Source: an uncultured Eubacteriales bacterium
Lineage (GTDB): Bacteria > Bacillota > Clostridia > Christensenellales > UBA1242
Assembly: GCA_902476355.1 (NCBI GenBank)
Contig: CABSCS010000008.1
Location: 8,868-72,867, forward strand
Direction of reading: 5' to 3'
Length of the DNA: 64,000 bases
Shown here: positions 18,679 through 28,528 of the stretch, in pieces
Numbering within the stretch: position 1 is the first letter of the stretch
Layout of the letters: each line of letters opens with the position of its first letter
Translations under genes and position numbers: made by a program
The notes under the pieces: generated by a model
What the model was told of the DNA's origin: nothing
The model's input: the letters and a program-made list of their open reading frames with translations, nothing else
Databases searched by the model: none

Positions 18679-19023
18679 ATGGAAAAGGATATTCTTGGCA
18701 GTTTGCTTCTTGATTTCTATGGCAACATGCTCACAGAAAAACAAAAAGAAGTGATGAATCTTTATGTTGATTGCGACACTGGTCTTTCAGAAATTGCATC
18801 AATTGTTGGTTCGTCGCGTCAAGCGGTTTATGAAATGATAAAGGTTTCAGAGAAAACGCTTGGCGAACTTGAAAGCAAACTTGGCTGTGTGAAAAAATAT
18901 CTTGAAAACCGCAACAATCTGATTGAATGCAAGCAATTGCTTGAACAATTTCTTGAAAAAAACAATAATAAAGAAATTGAATCTGTGCTTGAAAAAGTGC
19001 AAAAAGTTCTTGAAAATCAATAA
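18679..19023 (+). CDS. ylxM: YlxM/UPF0122 helix-turn-helix protein
   Basis: About 110 aa, sigma-70 region-4-like HTH (LSEIASIVGSSRQAVYEMI). Conserved position upstream of ffh. Confidence 0.8.
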   Translation: MEKDILGSLLLDFYGNMLTEKQKEVMNLYVDCDTGLSEIASIVGSSRQAVYEMIKVSEKTLGELESKLGCVKKYLENRNNLIECKQLLEQFLEKNNNKEIESVLEKVQKVLENQ

Positions 19024-19034
19024 GGAGAATGCCA

Positions 19035-20360
19035 ATGGGAATGTTTGGAAGTTTAAGCGAAAGATTAAATCACATTTTTTCTAAACTCACAAAACGTGGA
19101 AAACTTACTGAACTTGAAATCAAGCAGGCAATGCGTGAAGTTCGTGTTGCTCTTCTTGAAGCAGACGTAAACTTTGTTGTTGCAAAAGATTTCATCAACA
19201 AAGTCAGCGAAAAGGCAGTTGGTGAAACAATTTTAAATAGCCTTACACCAGGACAACAAGTAATCAAAATTGTAAACGAAGAACTTATTGCTTTAATGGG
19301 TAGCACTTCTTCAAAACTTGAAGTTTCTTCAACACCACCAACAGTTATCATGATGTGTGGTTTGCAAGGTGCCGGAAAAACAACAATGTGCGGAAAACTC
19401 GGCTTCATGCTTAAAAAGCAAGGAAAGAAACCGCTTCTTGTTGCTTGTGATATCTATCGTCCAGCGGCAATCAGCCAACTTCGAATTGTTGCAAAAAATG
19501 CTGGCGTAGATTTCTTTGAAAAAGGAACTATCAAACCAGAAAAAATTGCACTTGAAGCCATTGCACACGCAAAGAAAATGGGGCTTGACACCGTTATTAT
19601 TGATACAGCCGGTCGTCTTCAAATCAATGAAGAATTGATGCAGGAACTTGTAAACATTAAAAACGCAGTAAAGCCAACCGAAATTTTGCTTACTGTTGAC
19701 GCAATGACAGGTCAAGAGGCAGTGGATGGTGGAAAAGAGTTTGATGACAAACTTGACATTACTGGAACAATCTTGACAAAACTTGATGGTGACACTCGTG
19801 GTGGTGCTGCGCTTTCAATCAAAGCCGTAACCGGAAAACCAATCAAATTCTGCGGAACTGGTGAAAAGATTGGAGACCTTGAACCTTTCTATCCAGACCG
19901 CATGGCTTCGCGTATCCTTGGAATGGGTGATGTTTTAACACTTATTGAAAAGGCACAAGCAAACATGGACGAAGCCCAAATGAAAAAACTTGAAGAAAAC
20001 ATTCGAAAGAATACTTTCACTTTTGATGATTTCTTGCTTCAATTTGAGCAACTTTCAAAAATGGGAAGTTTAGGCGACCTAATATCAATGATTCCTGGAT
20101 TTGCTGGAAAAATCAGACCAGAAGACATTGATGAAAGCAACATCAAAGTGTACAAAGCAATCATTCAATCAATGACTCCAAAAGAAAGGGTGAATCCAGA
20201 CCTTATCAAAGCAAGTCAAAGAAAACGTATTGCGAAAGGAAGTGGAACTTCGATTCAGCAAGTGAACCAACTTATCAAACAGTTTGAGCAAACCAAACTT
20301 ATGATGAAAAACCAAAACAACCCACGTCTTCAAAAAATGATGATGGGTAGAAGATTTTAA
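19035..20360 (+). CDS. ffh: Signal recognition particle protein Ffh
   Basis: GLQGAGKTT, DTAGRLQ, TKLDGDTRGGAALS, Met-rich M domain. Start could be 19035 or 19041. Confidence 0.95.
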   Translation: MGMFGSLSERLNHIFSKLTKRGKLTELEIKQAMREVRVALLEADVNFVVAKDFINKVSEKAVGETILNSLTPGQQVIKIVNEELIALMGSTSSKLEVSSTPPTVIMMCGLQGAGKTTMCGKLGFMLKKQGKKPLLVACDIYRPAAISQLRIVAKNAGVDFFEKGTIKPEKIALEAIAHAKKMGLDTVIIDTAGRLQINEELMQELVNIKNAVKPTEILLTVDAMTGQEAVDGGKEFDDKLDITGTILTKLDGDTRGGAALSIKAVTGKPIKFCGTGEKIGDLEPFYPDRMASRILGMGDVLTLIEKAQANMDEAQMKKLEENIRKNTFTFDDFLLQFEQLSKMGSLGDLISMIPGFAGKIRPEDIDESNIKVYKAIIQSMTPKERVNPDLIKASQRKRIAKGSGTSIQQVNQLIKQFEQTKLMMKNQNNPRLQKMMMGRRF

Positions 20361-20415
20361 TATAAACCAAGCCAAATGCTTGCGGATATATAATTTATAA
20401 CAGGAGGAAAAAATA

Positions 20416-20712
20416 ATGGCAGTTAAAATGAGACTTACAAGACTTGGAGATAAAAAATCACCATTTTATCGTATTGTCGTTGCAGATTCAAGAAAAGCAA
20501 GAGATGGAGAATATGTAGACCTTGTTGGAACATACAATCCACTTGTAAACGAGAACGATGTTAACATTGATCTTGAAAAAGCAAAAAAATGGCTTGCTAA
20601 TGGTGCTCAACCAACCGACACTGTGAAGATGCTTCTTCAAAAAGTTGGTGCAATTGAAGCAAAGAAACCAGTTGCAAAAAAATCAACAAAAAAAGCACCT
20701 AAAGCAGAATAG
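20416..20712 (+). CDS. rpsP: 30S ribosomal protein S16
   Basis: [26 protein letters not shown]. Confidence 0.9.
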   Translation: MAVKMRLTRLGDKKSPFYRIVVADSRKARDGEYVDLVGTYNPLVNENDVNIDLEKAKKWLANGAQPTDTVKMLLQKVGAIEAKKPVAKKSTKKAPKAE

Positions 20713-20729
20713 TGTTTGCGAGGTGGAAC

Positions 20730-20957
20730 ATGAAAGAACTTTTAGAGTATATTGTGAAACAAATCGTTTCAAAACCAGAAGAAGTTGAAGTTTCTGAAAC
20801 AACCTCTGGAAACAATGTTGACCTTGTTGTTAAAGTTGCAGAAGATGATCTTGGCGCTGTGATTGGAAAAAGCGGAAAAGTTGCAAACTCAATCAGAAGC
20901 GTTGTAAGAACAAGTGCAAAGAAATTTAACAAACGCGTAAACATTAAATTTATGTAA
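20730..20957 (+). CDS. khpA: KH-domain RNA-binding protein (YlqC/KhpA family)
   Basis: About 75 aa, GAVIGKSGKVANSIRSV (GxxG KH motif). Conserved position after rpsP. Confidence 0.8.
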   Translation: MKELLEYIVKQIVSKPEEVEVSETTSGNNVDLVVKVAEDDLGAVIGKSGKVANSIRSVVRTSAKKFNKRVNIKFM

Positions 20958-20965
20958 AATAAAAA

Positions 20966-20993
20966 GATGATGGCTTTTGGCTATCATTTTTTT
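20966..20993 (+). terminator. Rho-independent terminator after khpA
   Basis: ATGATGGC-tttt-GCTATCAT hairpin followed by T7. Confidence 0.7.
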
Positions 20994-21059
20994 ATGCATG
21001 TTTTTACGATGAAGATTAAAAATCTTTGATTTTTAATGTGATATTAAACTGAAGTGTTA

Positions 21060-21076
21060 TTTGACTTACTTTGACC
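21060..21076 (+). promoter_or_regulatory. CtsR operator-like heptad direct repeat (orphan)
   Basis: TTTGACTTACTTTGACC. Its complement GGTCAAA-GTA-AGTCAAA fits RGTCAAA-NAN-RGTCAAA. It is 16/17 identical to the box in the ctsR promoter at 43376-43392. Confidence 0.55.
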
Positions 21077-21520
21077 TTTACTAGTGTTGAAAATTTTTTT
21101 AATCGTGTTCCATGATAGAGTGTAGTGTAATGTAATAGTGTTTTATAAAGCCACGCGGTTTATCTGCACAAAATTATAAATCATATTTATATCATTATTG
21201 TTGTTGGATAGTTTACTCATAAAAACATGCATTTTATATTTTAAAACTGTAATTAAATCTATATCATTATTACGGCTAAGCATAATAGAATGATATTCGT
21301 TTTTATATTTCATATCTTATATAATTATTTTTAGATAGTGGTGCTCAAAATTTAATTATTTTAAAAAATATTCTGTCTCACAGCGTCACAGCGTTTTGTA
21401 TTTATTGCTTTTATGAAAAATTTAATTTTTGGCTTTATGATTTGATAAAATGTGAGCACTATTTTCAAAATGTCTTTGAAAATGAGATGAGATGTGATAT
21501 ACTTTATGCGAGGTAGAAAA

Positions 21521-22048
21521 ATGGACAATAAAATCTGTGTTGCAATTGTGCGCAAGCCACAAGGAATTAAAGGCGAAGTTAAAGTTTCTGTTTTGATGGA
21601 CAATCCAGAACTTATCAAAAAGATAGATAAACTTTATCTTGACTCTGGCGAAGAGTTGAATGTGAAAAGAGTTTTCAATTTGGGAACTGAATATGGAATT
21701 GGTTTTGAACAATTTTCAAATCCAGAAGAAACTTTGAGAATCAAAAATAAAAATCTTTATGCCGATAAGAATGTTGTTCGTGAACTTCTTCATAACAACA
21801 ATTTTTTCATTGCAGACCTTATTGGCAAAACCGCAGTGTTTGAAGATGGAACCGTTGTTGGCGAAATTACAGATATTGAGAACTATGGCTCGTCTGATGT
21901 TGTTTTTGTGAAGAGTGATACATTTTCAAATCTTTGCTTTGCGAACACTGGGGACATTTTTCTTTCAATTGATGAAAAGAACAATCAAGTGAAAATTGAC
22001 AAAGAAAAATTTATGCAAACAAAAATTTGCGACCAAGATGAGGAATAA
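21521..22048 (+). CDS. rimM: Ribosome maturation factor RimM
   Basis: ICVAIVRKPQGIKGEVKV N-terminus, PRC-barrel C-terminus. Positioned before trmD. Confidence 0.85.
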   Translation: MDNKICVAIVRKPQGIKGEVKVSVLMDNPELIKKIDKLYLDSGEELNVKRVFNLGTEYGIGFEQFSNPEETLRIKNKNLYADKNVVRELLHNNNFFIADLIGKTAVFEDGTVVGEITDIENYGSSDVVFVKSDTFSNLCFANTGDIFLSIDEKNNQVKIDKEKFMQTKICDQDEE

Positions 22049-22049
22049 A

Positions 22050-22718
22050 ATGAGAATTGACATTTTAACGCTTTTTCCAGAAATGTTTGATGCACTCAAA
22101 CATAGTCTGATTGGAAAGGCGACTGATAAAAATCTTTTGCAAATTAACGTTATAAACATTCGCGACTTTTCAAAAGATAAACACAAGAAGTGTGATGACT
22201 ATACCTATGGCGGTGGAAGCGGAATGCTTATGACACCTCAACCAATTTATGATGCAATGACAAGCATAGAAGGATATGAGAAAGCACATAAAATTTATTT
22301 GAGCCCTTGTGGCAAACAATTGAAGCAAAGCGTAGTAAAAAGTTTGACTTTCTTTGACCATATCATATTGCTTTGTGGTCATTATGAGGGTGTGGATCAA
22401 CGAATTATTGATTTGCTTATTGATGACGAAATTTCAATTGGTGATTATGTTTTGACAGGAGGGGAACTTCCAGCAATGGTTTTGATTGATTCTGTTTCAA
22501 GATACATTCCTGGTGTGCTTGGAAATGAAGAGTCGGTTGTTGATGAAAGTTTTTCGCAAAACAATCTTGAATATCCACAATACACACGACCTGTTGATTT
22601 CATGGGACACAAGGTTCCAGATGTTTTGATTTCTGGTGATCATGCAAAAGTTGATTTGTGGAGAAAAGAGCAATCTGAAAAAATTACAAAAGAACGCCGT
22701 CCTGATTTGAAAAATTAA
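22050..22718 (+). CDS. trmD: tRNA (guanine37-N1)-methyltransferase TrmD
   Basis: MRIDILTLFPEMF, DYTYGGGSGMLM, GHYEGVDQR, ISIGDYVLTGGELPA. Confidence 0.9.
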   Translation: MRIDILTLFPEMFDALKHSLIGKATDKNLLQINVINIRDFSKDKHKKCDDYTYGGGSGMLMTPQPIYDAMTSIEGYEKAHKIYLSPCGKQLKQSVVKSLTFFDHIILLCGHYEGVDQRIIDLLIDDEISIGDYVLTGGELPAMVLIDSVSRYIPGVLGNEESVVDESFSQNNLEYPQYTRPVDFMGHKVPDVLISGDHAKVDLWRKEQSEKITKERRPDLKN

Positions 22719-22749
22719 ACATGGCGATTTTATTTATAGGAGAAAGAAA

Positions 22750-23604
22750 ATGAAGATAAACTGGTTTCCTGGACATATGAAAAAAAATCTAGACACAATG
22801 AAAGAGAACATCAAGAAAATTGATGTTGTTTTATATGTGCTTGATGCTCGCGCTCCTTTTTCTTGTTTGAATCCTAAAATTGATGAGATTGTTGAACATA
22901 GAACAATTTTATATGTGATAAATAAAATTGATTTGATTGAAAAATCCGATGCCGATAAAATTGTTTCTTGTTTTAAAAAACAAAACAAAAATGTAATTGC
23001 TCTTCAAGCAACTGCATCTTCAAACCGAAATATTTTGCTTTCAAAATTAAAGGAACTTGTTTCTGAAAAATATGAAAACAGGAAGAGCAAAGGAATTGAA
23101 CCTGTCTTCAAAGTGATGGTTATTGGAACTCCAAACACTGGAAAATCAACAATTATAAACACCCTATATGGTCAAAAAAAAGCAATCACTGGCGACCGTG
23201 CTGGAGTTACAAAAGCAAATCAATGGGTGAAAATCTCGGACAATTTTGTTTTGCTTGACACACCGGGAACTCTTTGGCCAAAACTTGAAAACGAAAAAAT
23301 TGCAACAAATTTGGCATTTATTGGAAGCATTAAAACCGAGGTTATCGACCAAGAAGAACTTGGCTATGAACTTGCAAAATATTTGATTGACAACCACAAA
23401 AACAAACTTTCTGCGCGTTATGGAATTTCTAATTTTGAACAAGAATACATTGCAATTTATGATGAAATTTTAAAGAAAATGGGTTGTCTGATTCGCGGTG
23501 GCGAGGTTGATTATAACCGTGGCACAACCAAACTTTTAGATGATTTTCGAAGTGGAAGAATTGGAAAAATATGTCTTGACAATATAGATATATTTTGTAA
23601 ATAA
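22750..23604 (+). CDS. rbgA: Ribosome biogenesis GTPase A (YlqF)
   Basis: INWFPGHMKK, circularly permuted GTPase motifs: DARAP, NKIDL, GTPNTGKST, DTPG. Confidence 0.85.
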   Translation: MKINWFPGHMKKNLDTMKENIKKIDVVLYVLDARAPFSCLNPKIDEIVEHRTILYVINKIDLIEKSDADKIVSCFKKQNKNVIALQATASSNRNILLSKLKELVSEKYENRKSKGIEPVFKVMVIGTPNTGKSTIINTLYGQKKAITGDRAGVTKANQWVKISDNFVLLDTPGTLWPKLENEKIATNLAFIGSIKTEVIDQEELGYELAKYLIDNHKNKLSARYGISNFEQEYIAIYDEILKKMGCLIRGGEVDYNRGTTKLLDDFRSGRIGKICLDNIDIFCK

Positions 23605-23682
23605 CGCAAAAAATATTGCTCAAGACGCTGTTTTGGTGCAATATTTCACATAAAAATATTAAAAAATGCGGTTTTTATAAAA

Positions 23683-24315
23683 ATGAATAAAAAAGAATAC
23701 AATATTGAAGAAAAGAAAAAATATGAAAAATTGTTCTATGATAAAGGGCAAATTTTAGTTGGTGGTGCCGACGAAGTTGGCAGAGGTCCACTTGCTGGAC
23801 CTGTTGTTTGTGCAGCCGTAATCATGCCTTATGATTGCAATATTATTGGAATTGATGACAGCAAAAAACTTTCTGAAAAGAAGCGTGAAATGCTTTATGA
23901 TGAAATTTTAAAACAAGCAATTGCATATGATATTGAATATGTTTTTCAAGATGTTATTGATGAAATAAACATTCTTGAAGCAACAAAACTTTGCATGTCA
24001 AGAGCAATTAATAATTTAAAAGTGAAACCAGATGTTGTTTTGGTTGACGCGTTAAAAGGACTTGACACGTCTTGCAAAACCGAGGCAATTATTCATGGCG
24101 ATGCTCTTTCATATAACATTGGCGCTGCAAGTATTATTGCAAAAGTGTCTCGTGATAGATTTATGAAAGAACTTGATTTGCAATATCCTCAATATGGTTT
24201 TGAGAAAAACAAAGGTTATGGAACAAAAGCGCATATGGACGCTTTAAGGCAGTTTGGACCTTGTCCTGTTCATCGAAAATCATTCATTGGCTTTTTGGAG
24301 AATGAGCATGAATAA
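23683..24315 (+). CDS. rnhB: Ribonuclease HII
   Basis: GGADEVGRGPLAGPVV, IDDSKKLS, GAASIIAKVSRD, GYGT. Confidence 0.9.
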   Translation: MNKKEYNIEEKKKYEKLFYDKGQILVGGADEVGRGPLAGPVVCAAVIMPYDCNIIGIDDSKKLSEKKREMLYDEILKQAIAYDIEYVFQDVIDEINILEATKLCMSRAINNLKVKPDVVLVDALKGLDTSCKTEAIIHGDALSYNIGAASIIAKVSRDRFMKELDLQYPQYGFEKNKGYGTKAHMDALRQFGPCPVHRKSFIGFLENEHE

Positions 24316-24748
24316 GACGGGAATTGGTGCGTATGGTGAGCAAATTGCTCAAAAATATTTGGTTAAAAATGGATATAAAGTGATTGCAAAAAACTGCATT
24401 TTTGCAGGTTGCGAGTTGGATATTGTATGCATTTTGACCAAAAACAAAGGAAAAAAGATTTTAAAGCGCAAATATAAAAATGGTGAAATCAAGTCTTCTG
24501 GAGCGCTGAAATTTCTTCTTGAATCGGTTCAAGACACCATTGTTTTTGTTGAAGTGAAATATAGTTCAACCAAAATTTTTGGTGAACCAATGGAAAGAGT
24601 TGATGTTCATAAGCAAAATCAAATTGTGAAAGCGGCGCAAATATTTTGCACGAAAAATCAAATTTCAATGCCTTGCAGATTTGATGTTGTTTCTATTGTG
24701 GGTGACGAAATCACTCATATTAAAAACGCTTTTGATGCAAGATATTAA
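24308..24748 (+). CDS. yraN: YraN/UPF0102 endonuclease-like protein
   Basis: GAYGEQIAQKYL...GCELDIV...VFVEVKY (PD-(D/E)xK-like D...E-x-K). Overlaps the rnhB stop. Carries an extra ~30-aa K-rich insert. Confidence 0.7.
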   Translation: MNKTGIGAYGEQIAQKYLVKNGYKVIAKNCIFAGCELDIVCILTKNKGKKILKRKYKNGEIKSSGALKFLLESVQDTIVFVEVKYSSTKIFGEPMERVDVHKQNQIVKAAQIFCTKNQISMPCRFDVVSIVGDEITHIKNAFDARY

Positions 24749-24781
24749 ATATAATATTTTGTAAGTTTTATAGAAAAACAC

Positions 24782-24810
24782 TTGCATTTCGTGTTTTAGT
24801 GTGATAAAAT
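24782..24810 (+). promoter_or_regulatory. Sigma-A promoter for rplS
   Basis: TTGCAT, 17-nt spacer, TAAAAT preceded by TGtGA. A ~75-nt leader follows; I could not verify an L19-leader fold. Confidence 0.5.
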
Positions 24811-24886
24811 ATCAAAGTAATTTGAGTGGTCCTCTGCACAAAGGGCTAGCACGAACACTCTATGCATACTTTATAAGGAGGCAAAC

Positions 24887-25231
24887 ATGAGCAATATCAT
24901 TGATGTTATCGAAAAAGAAGGCATGAGAACAGACCTTCCTGAATTCGCAATTGGCGACACTGTAAAAGTTTTCGTTAAAGTTGTTGAAGGAACCCGTGAA
25001 AGACTTCAAGGTTTTGAAGGTGTGGTTATAGCTCGTAGAAATGGTGGTATCAGAGAAACATTCACAGTACGTCGTGTTTCATTTGGAATTGGAATTGAAA
25101 GAACATTCCCATTGCACTCTCCAAAAATCGACCACATTGACATTATCCGTAAAGGTGATGTTAGACGCGCAAAACTCTATTATCTTCGTGAACGTTCTGG
25201 TAAGAGCGCAAAAATTAAAGACAAAATTTAA
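24887..25231 (+). CDS. rplS: 50S ribosomal protein L19
   Basis: Full-length L19-like sequence (GDTVKV..., [26 protein letters not shown]). Confidence 0.95.
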   Translation: MSNIIDVIEKEGMRTDLPEFAIGDTVKVFVKVVEGTRERLQGFEGVVIARRNGGIRETFTVRRVSFGIGIERTFPLHSPKIDHIDIIRKGDVRRAKLYYLRERSGKSAKIKDKI

Positions 25232-25239
25232 AAATTATA

Positions 25240-25270
25240 AATCAGGTTTAATGCCTGATTTATTTTTTTT
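25240..25270 (+). terminator. Rho-independent terminator after rplS
   Basis: ATCAGG-tttaatg-CCTGAT followed by TTATTTTTTTT. Confidence 0.8.
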
Positions 25271-25349
25271 GTCTTTTTAATATTGATATGGTGTCATAGG
25301 TTAGAAATAGACAAGAGGTCAAATGCGTATATATTTGTTTTGTGGTTTG

Positions 25350-25740
25350 GTTCGTGAGTGAGTGTGTGTTTTAAGATCACTTGCGTATTTGGTTTCGAGA
25401 ATGATTGAAAGAAAGTTGTTTTTTACTTAGTAAGCCAAATAATAAACAACAAACCGAACGATTGATTTTTGTTGTGTGTGTATTGTGATATGTGTTAAAT
25501 TCGCTTGTGTGTTTGGATTGAGTCATGATTGGTGGGTTGTTTTTGTTCAACAAACCAAATAATAAACAACAAACCGAATAAGTGATTTTTTTTCGTGTGT
25601 ATTGTGATATGTGTTAAATTCGCTTGTGTGTTTGGATTGAGGCATGATTTATAGGTTGTTTTCGTTCAACAAACCAAAAAATAATCATCAAACTAAATAA
25701 TTGATTTATGTTTAGTGTTTTGTGTTGTTGATAGTTTATT
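25350..25740. repeat. Tandem repeat, about 3.3 copies of a 119-120 bp unit
   Basis: Marker CCAAATAATAAACAACAAACCGAA recurs at 25435 and 25555 (decayed at 25674). TATTGTGATATGTGTTAAATTCGCTTGTGTGTTTGGATTGAG recurs at 25481 and 25600. The outer copies are degenerate. Confidence 0.85.
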
Positions 25741-25937
25741 GTTGATAGTATTATTGCTGAAATTGAGGACGACATTAAAATGCGTGGTGACAACAAATCA
25801 TAAAATATATGCGACAACATTGCTTTACATCGTCTTAAAAAATATGGCTATTTTTATTTGCACAAATTTTTCAATAAATTTGCAATGATTTTTATGTTAT
25901 GATATACTAAACAAAAGAACATAATTAAAGGTGAGAT

Positions 25938-28487
25938 ATGAAAAATAAACTTGTTATTGTCGATGGAAACAGCATTCTTTACAGGGCGTTTTTTGCGCTT
26001 CCTTCAATGATGACTGCAAATGGAAAATATACAAACGCAATATATGGCTTTGCAAACATGATTATTAAAACCATTCAGGACATTAAACCAACGCACATGG
26101 CTGTTGCTTTTGACGTTTCGAAAAGAACTTTTAGAACTGATATGTTCGAGGCTTATAAAGGAACAAGAAAACCAATGCCAGACGAACTTAGAAGTCAAAT
26201 TGAACCAGTGAAAACCATGTTGTCACTTATGAAAATCAAGGTTGTGGAAAAAGAGAATTTCGAGGCAGATGACATTATTGGAACATTGAGCAAAAAGTTT
26301 GATGACACCGAAACAATCATTATTACTGGTGACCGAGACTCTCTTCAATTGATTTCAAAAACCACAACTGTATATCTGAACAAAAAAGGTTTGTCTGATG
26401 TAAAAGTTATGGATCTTCTTGCAATGCAAGATGAATATGGAATGACACCAGATTCGTTTTTGCATCTTAAAGCCCTTCAAGGCGACAATAGCGATAACAT
26501 TCCTGGTGTCCCTGGAATTGGCCCTAAAACTGCAATTGAACTTATTCAAAAATATAAAACACTTGATGGCGTATATGCTCATCTTGACGAGTTGAAGCCA
26601 GGTGTGAAAAGCAAATTGGAACAAGGGAAAGATATGGCAGATTTATCTTTTAATCTTTCACGAATCAGATGTGATGTTCCTCTTGATGACACGCTTGGAG
26701 ATTTTGTTTTTGATTTTCCATTTTCAAAATCTGTTTACAATTTCATGGAAGAATATCGCTTTTCTTCATTGCTTAAAAGAAGTGAACTTTTCAAAGAAGA
26801 TCAGGTTCAAGAAAACAAAATGAATTTTGATATTGAAAAAATCACGACTCTTGAAAAACTGCAAAATACTATTGATATGATTGAAAAAAGCGGTACAGTT
26901 TCACTTATTTTCGATGAAAATGGAAATATTTGTTTTGCAATAAAAGAACATGAATGGCAAATTTCTTCAACAATCGACATGTTTGATGTTGAAATGGTTT
27001 ATAATAATTTCTTTGAAAAATTTGCTGTTGTTTTAGAAAATCCAGCAATCAGAAAAGTGTTTTTCGACCTTAAACAAATGCTTCATTTCTTTGATAAAAA
27101 GAACATTAAAATTGTTCCAAAATTTGATGACGTTGCACTTTTATATCATTTGTGTGAAGGTGTTTCTGTTAAAGGATATGAAGATGTTTTGATTCCGCCA
27201 GACTATGACAAAAGTTGTTTGGCGTCAAGTTTGCTTTTGGCCTATGAAAACTTTTCAAGAAAAATTGATGAACTTGGCATGACCAATCTTTATGGTGGGG
27301 TTGAACTTCCACTTCTTCAAATTTTGTTTGACATGGAGAAAACTGGTTTCAAAGTTGACCGAAGTCGAGTTGATGAACTTGGAAAAATTTATAGAAAAGA
27401 AATTTCAACCTTGGTTGAACAAATTTATGAATTGGCGGGCGAAAGATTTAATATTAACTCTTCAAAACAACTTTCTGAAATTTTGTTTGATAAACTTGGT
27501 CTTCCGCACAATAAAAAGAAATCAACCGGCGCTGATGTTTTGGAAGAGATTGCTTCTTCACATGAAATTGTCCCACTTATTTTGAGATATCGAAAAGTGA
27601 ATAAATTGCTTACAACATATATTGATGGGTTGATTCCTCATATTGATGAAAATGATTTGGTTCACACATGCTTTAAACAAACAATCACAAACACTGGAAG
27701 GCTTTCAAGTGTTGAACCAAATTTGCAAAATATTCCAATCAGGTCGGAAGAAAGTCGAGAGGTTAGAAGCATTTATATTGCAAGAAGCAAAGATAATGTT
27801 TTGATTGATGCTGACTATTCGCAAATTGAACTTCGACTTTTGGCTCACTGCTCACAAGATGAATTTTTCCTTGATGCATTTAAAAATAATTTAGACATTC
27901 ACACTCAAACTGCATGTCAAGTTTTTGGTGTTAACCGAGAAAATGTTACACCTGAAATGAGAAGAATTGCAAAAGTTGTGAACTTTGGAATTATTTATGG
28001 TATCAGTGATTTTGGCTTGGCGAATGACCTTAAAATTTCACCAAAAGAGGCAAGGGCGTTCATTCAAAATTTCTATGAGGCTCATCCAAAAGTTAAAGAT
28101 TATATGAATCAAGCAGTTGAAAAAGCGAGAGAAACTGGAAAGGTTTCAACGCTTCTTGGAAGAACAAGACGCATGCTTGACATTAACGCTTCAAACTATA
28201 TGGTTCGTTCTCGTGCTGAACGCGCTGCGCAAAACATGCCACTTCAAGGTTCGGCTGCTGACATTATTAAACTTGCAATGATAAAAGTTTATAATGCTCT
28301 TAGTGGTGGTGGATATAAAGCAAAACTTATCATGCAAGTTCATGATGAACTTATTGTCGACTGCCCGAAAGAAGAACAAGAAGAGGTTTCAAAAATTGTT
28401 AAAGAATCAATGGACACTGCATATGAACTTCGCGTTCCACTTGTTTGTGATATTACTGCAAGTTACCGTTGGTCAGACGGACATTAG
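25938..28487 (+). CDS. polA: DNA polymerase I
   Basis: 5'-nuclease domain. Pol motifs DYSQIELR, RRIAKVVNFGIIYG, QVHDELIV. 849 aa. Confidence 0.95.
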   Translation: MKNKLVIVDGNSILYRAFFALPSMMTANGKYTNAIYGFANMIIKTIQDIKPTHMAVAFDVSKRTFRTDMFEAYKGTRKPMPDELRSQIEPVKTMLSLMKIKVVEKENFEADDIIGTLSKKFDDTETIIITGDRDSLQLISKTTTVYLNKKGLSDVKVMDLLAMQDEYGMTPDSFLHLKALQGDNSDNIPGVPGIGPKTAIELIQKYKTLDGVYAHLDELKPGVKSKLEQGKDMADLSFNLSRIRCDVPLDDTLGDFVFDFPFSKSVYNFMEEYRFSSLLKRSELFKEDQVQENKMNFDIEKITTLEKLQNTIDMIEKSGTVSLIFDENGNICFAIKEHEWQISSTIDMFDVEMVYNNFFEKFAVVLENPAIRKVFFDLKQMLHFFDKKNIKIVPKFDDVALLYHLCEGVSVKGYEDVLIPPDYDKSCLASSLLLAYENFSRKIDELGMTNLYGGVELPLLQILFDMEKTGFKVDRSRVDELGKIYRKEISTLVEQIYELAGERFNINSSKQLSEILFDKLGLPHNKKKSTGADVLEEIASSHEIVPLILRYRKVNKLLTTYIDGLIPHIDENDLVHTCFKQTITNTGRLSSVEPNLQNIPIRSEESREVRSIYIARSKDNVLIDADYSQIELRLLAHCSQDEFFLDAFKNNLDIHTQTACQVFGVNRENVTPEMRRIAKVVNFGIIYGISDFGLANDLKISPKEARAFIQNFYEAHPKVKDYMNQAVEKARETGKVSTLLGRTRRMLDINASNYMVRSRAERAAQNMPLQGSAADIIKLAMIKVYNALSGGGYKAKLIMQVHDELIVDCPKEEQEEVSKIVKESMDTAYELRVPLVCDITASYRWSDGH

Positions 28488-28497
28488 AATAAAAAAA

Positions 28498-28528
28498 TAA
28501 CAGGGCATTGTTGCTCTGTTTTTTTTAT
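28498..28528 (+). terminator. Rho-independent terminator after polA
   Basis: AACAGGGC-attgtt-GCTCTGTT (one mismatch) followed by T8. Confidence 0.7.

Noticed and set aside
21361-21712. Minus-strand ORFs 21361-21618 and 21422-21712 as possible genes in the long khpA-rimM gap.
   Set aside because: Both run antisense into the rimM start region. They are Ile/Phe/Lys-rich translations of AT-rich DNA, have no RBS, and there is no terminator on that strand.
24811-24886. The rplS (L19) autoregulatory leader RNA.
   Set aside because: The position is right and a promoter is present, but I could not reproduce a convincing conserved two-hairpin fold by eye. It needs a covariance-model search, so it is not called as a feature.
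25350-25740. CRISPR array or replication origin (DnaA-box cluster) in the rplS-polA spacer.
   Set aside because: The repeat unit is 119-120 bp and copies abut without unique spacers, so it is not CRISPR. I saw no TTATCCACA-type DnaA boxes and no dnaA/dnaN context.
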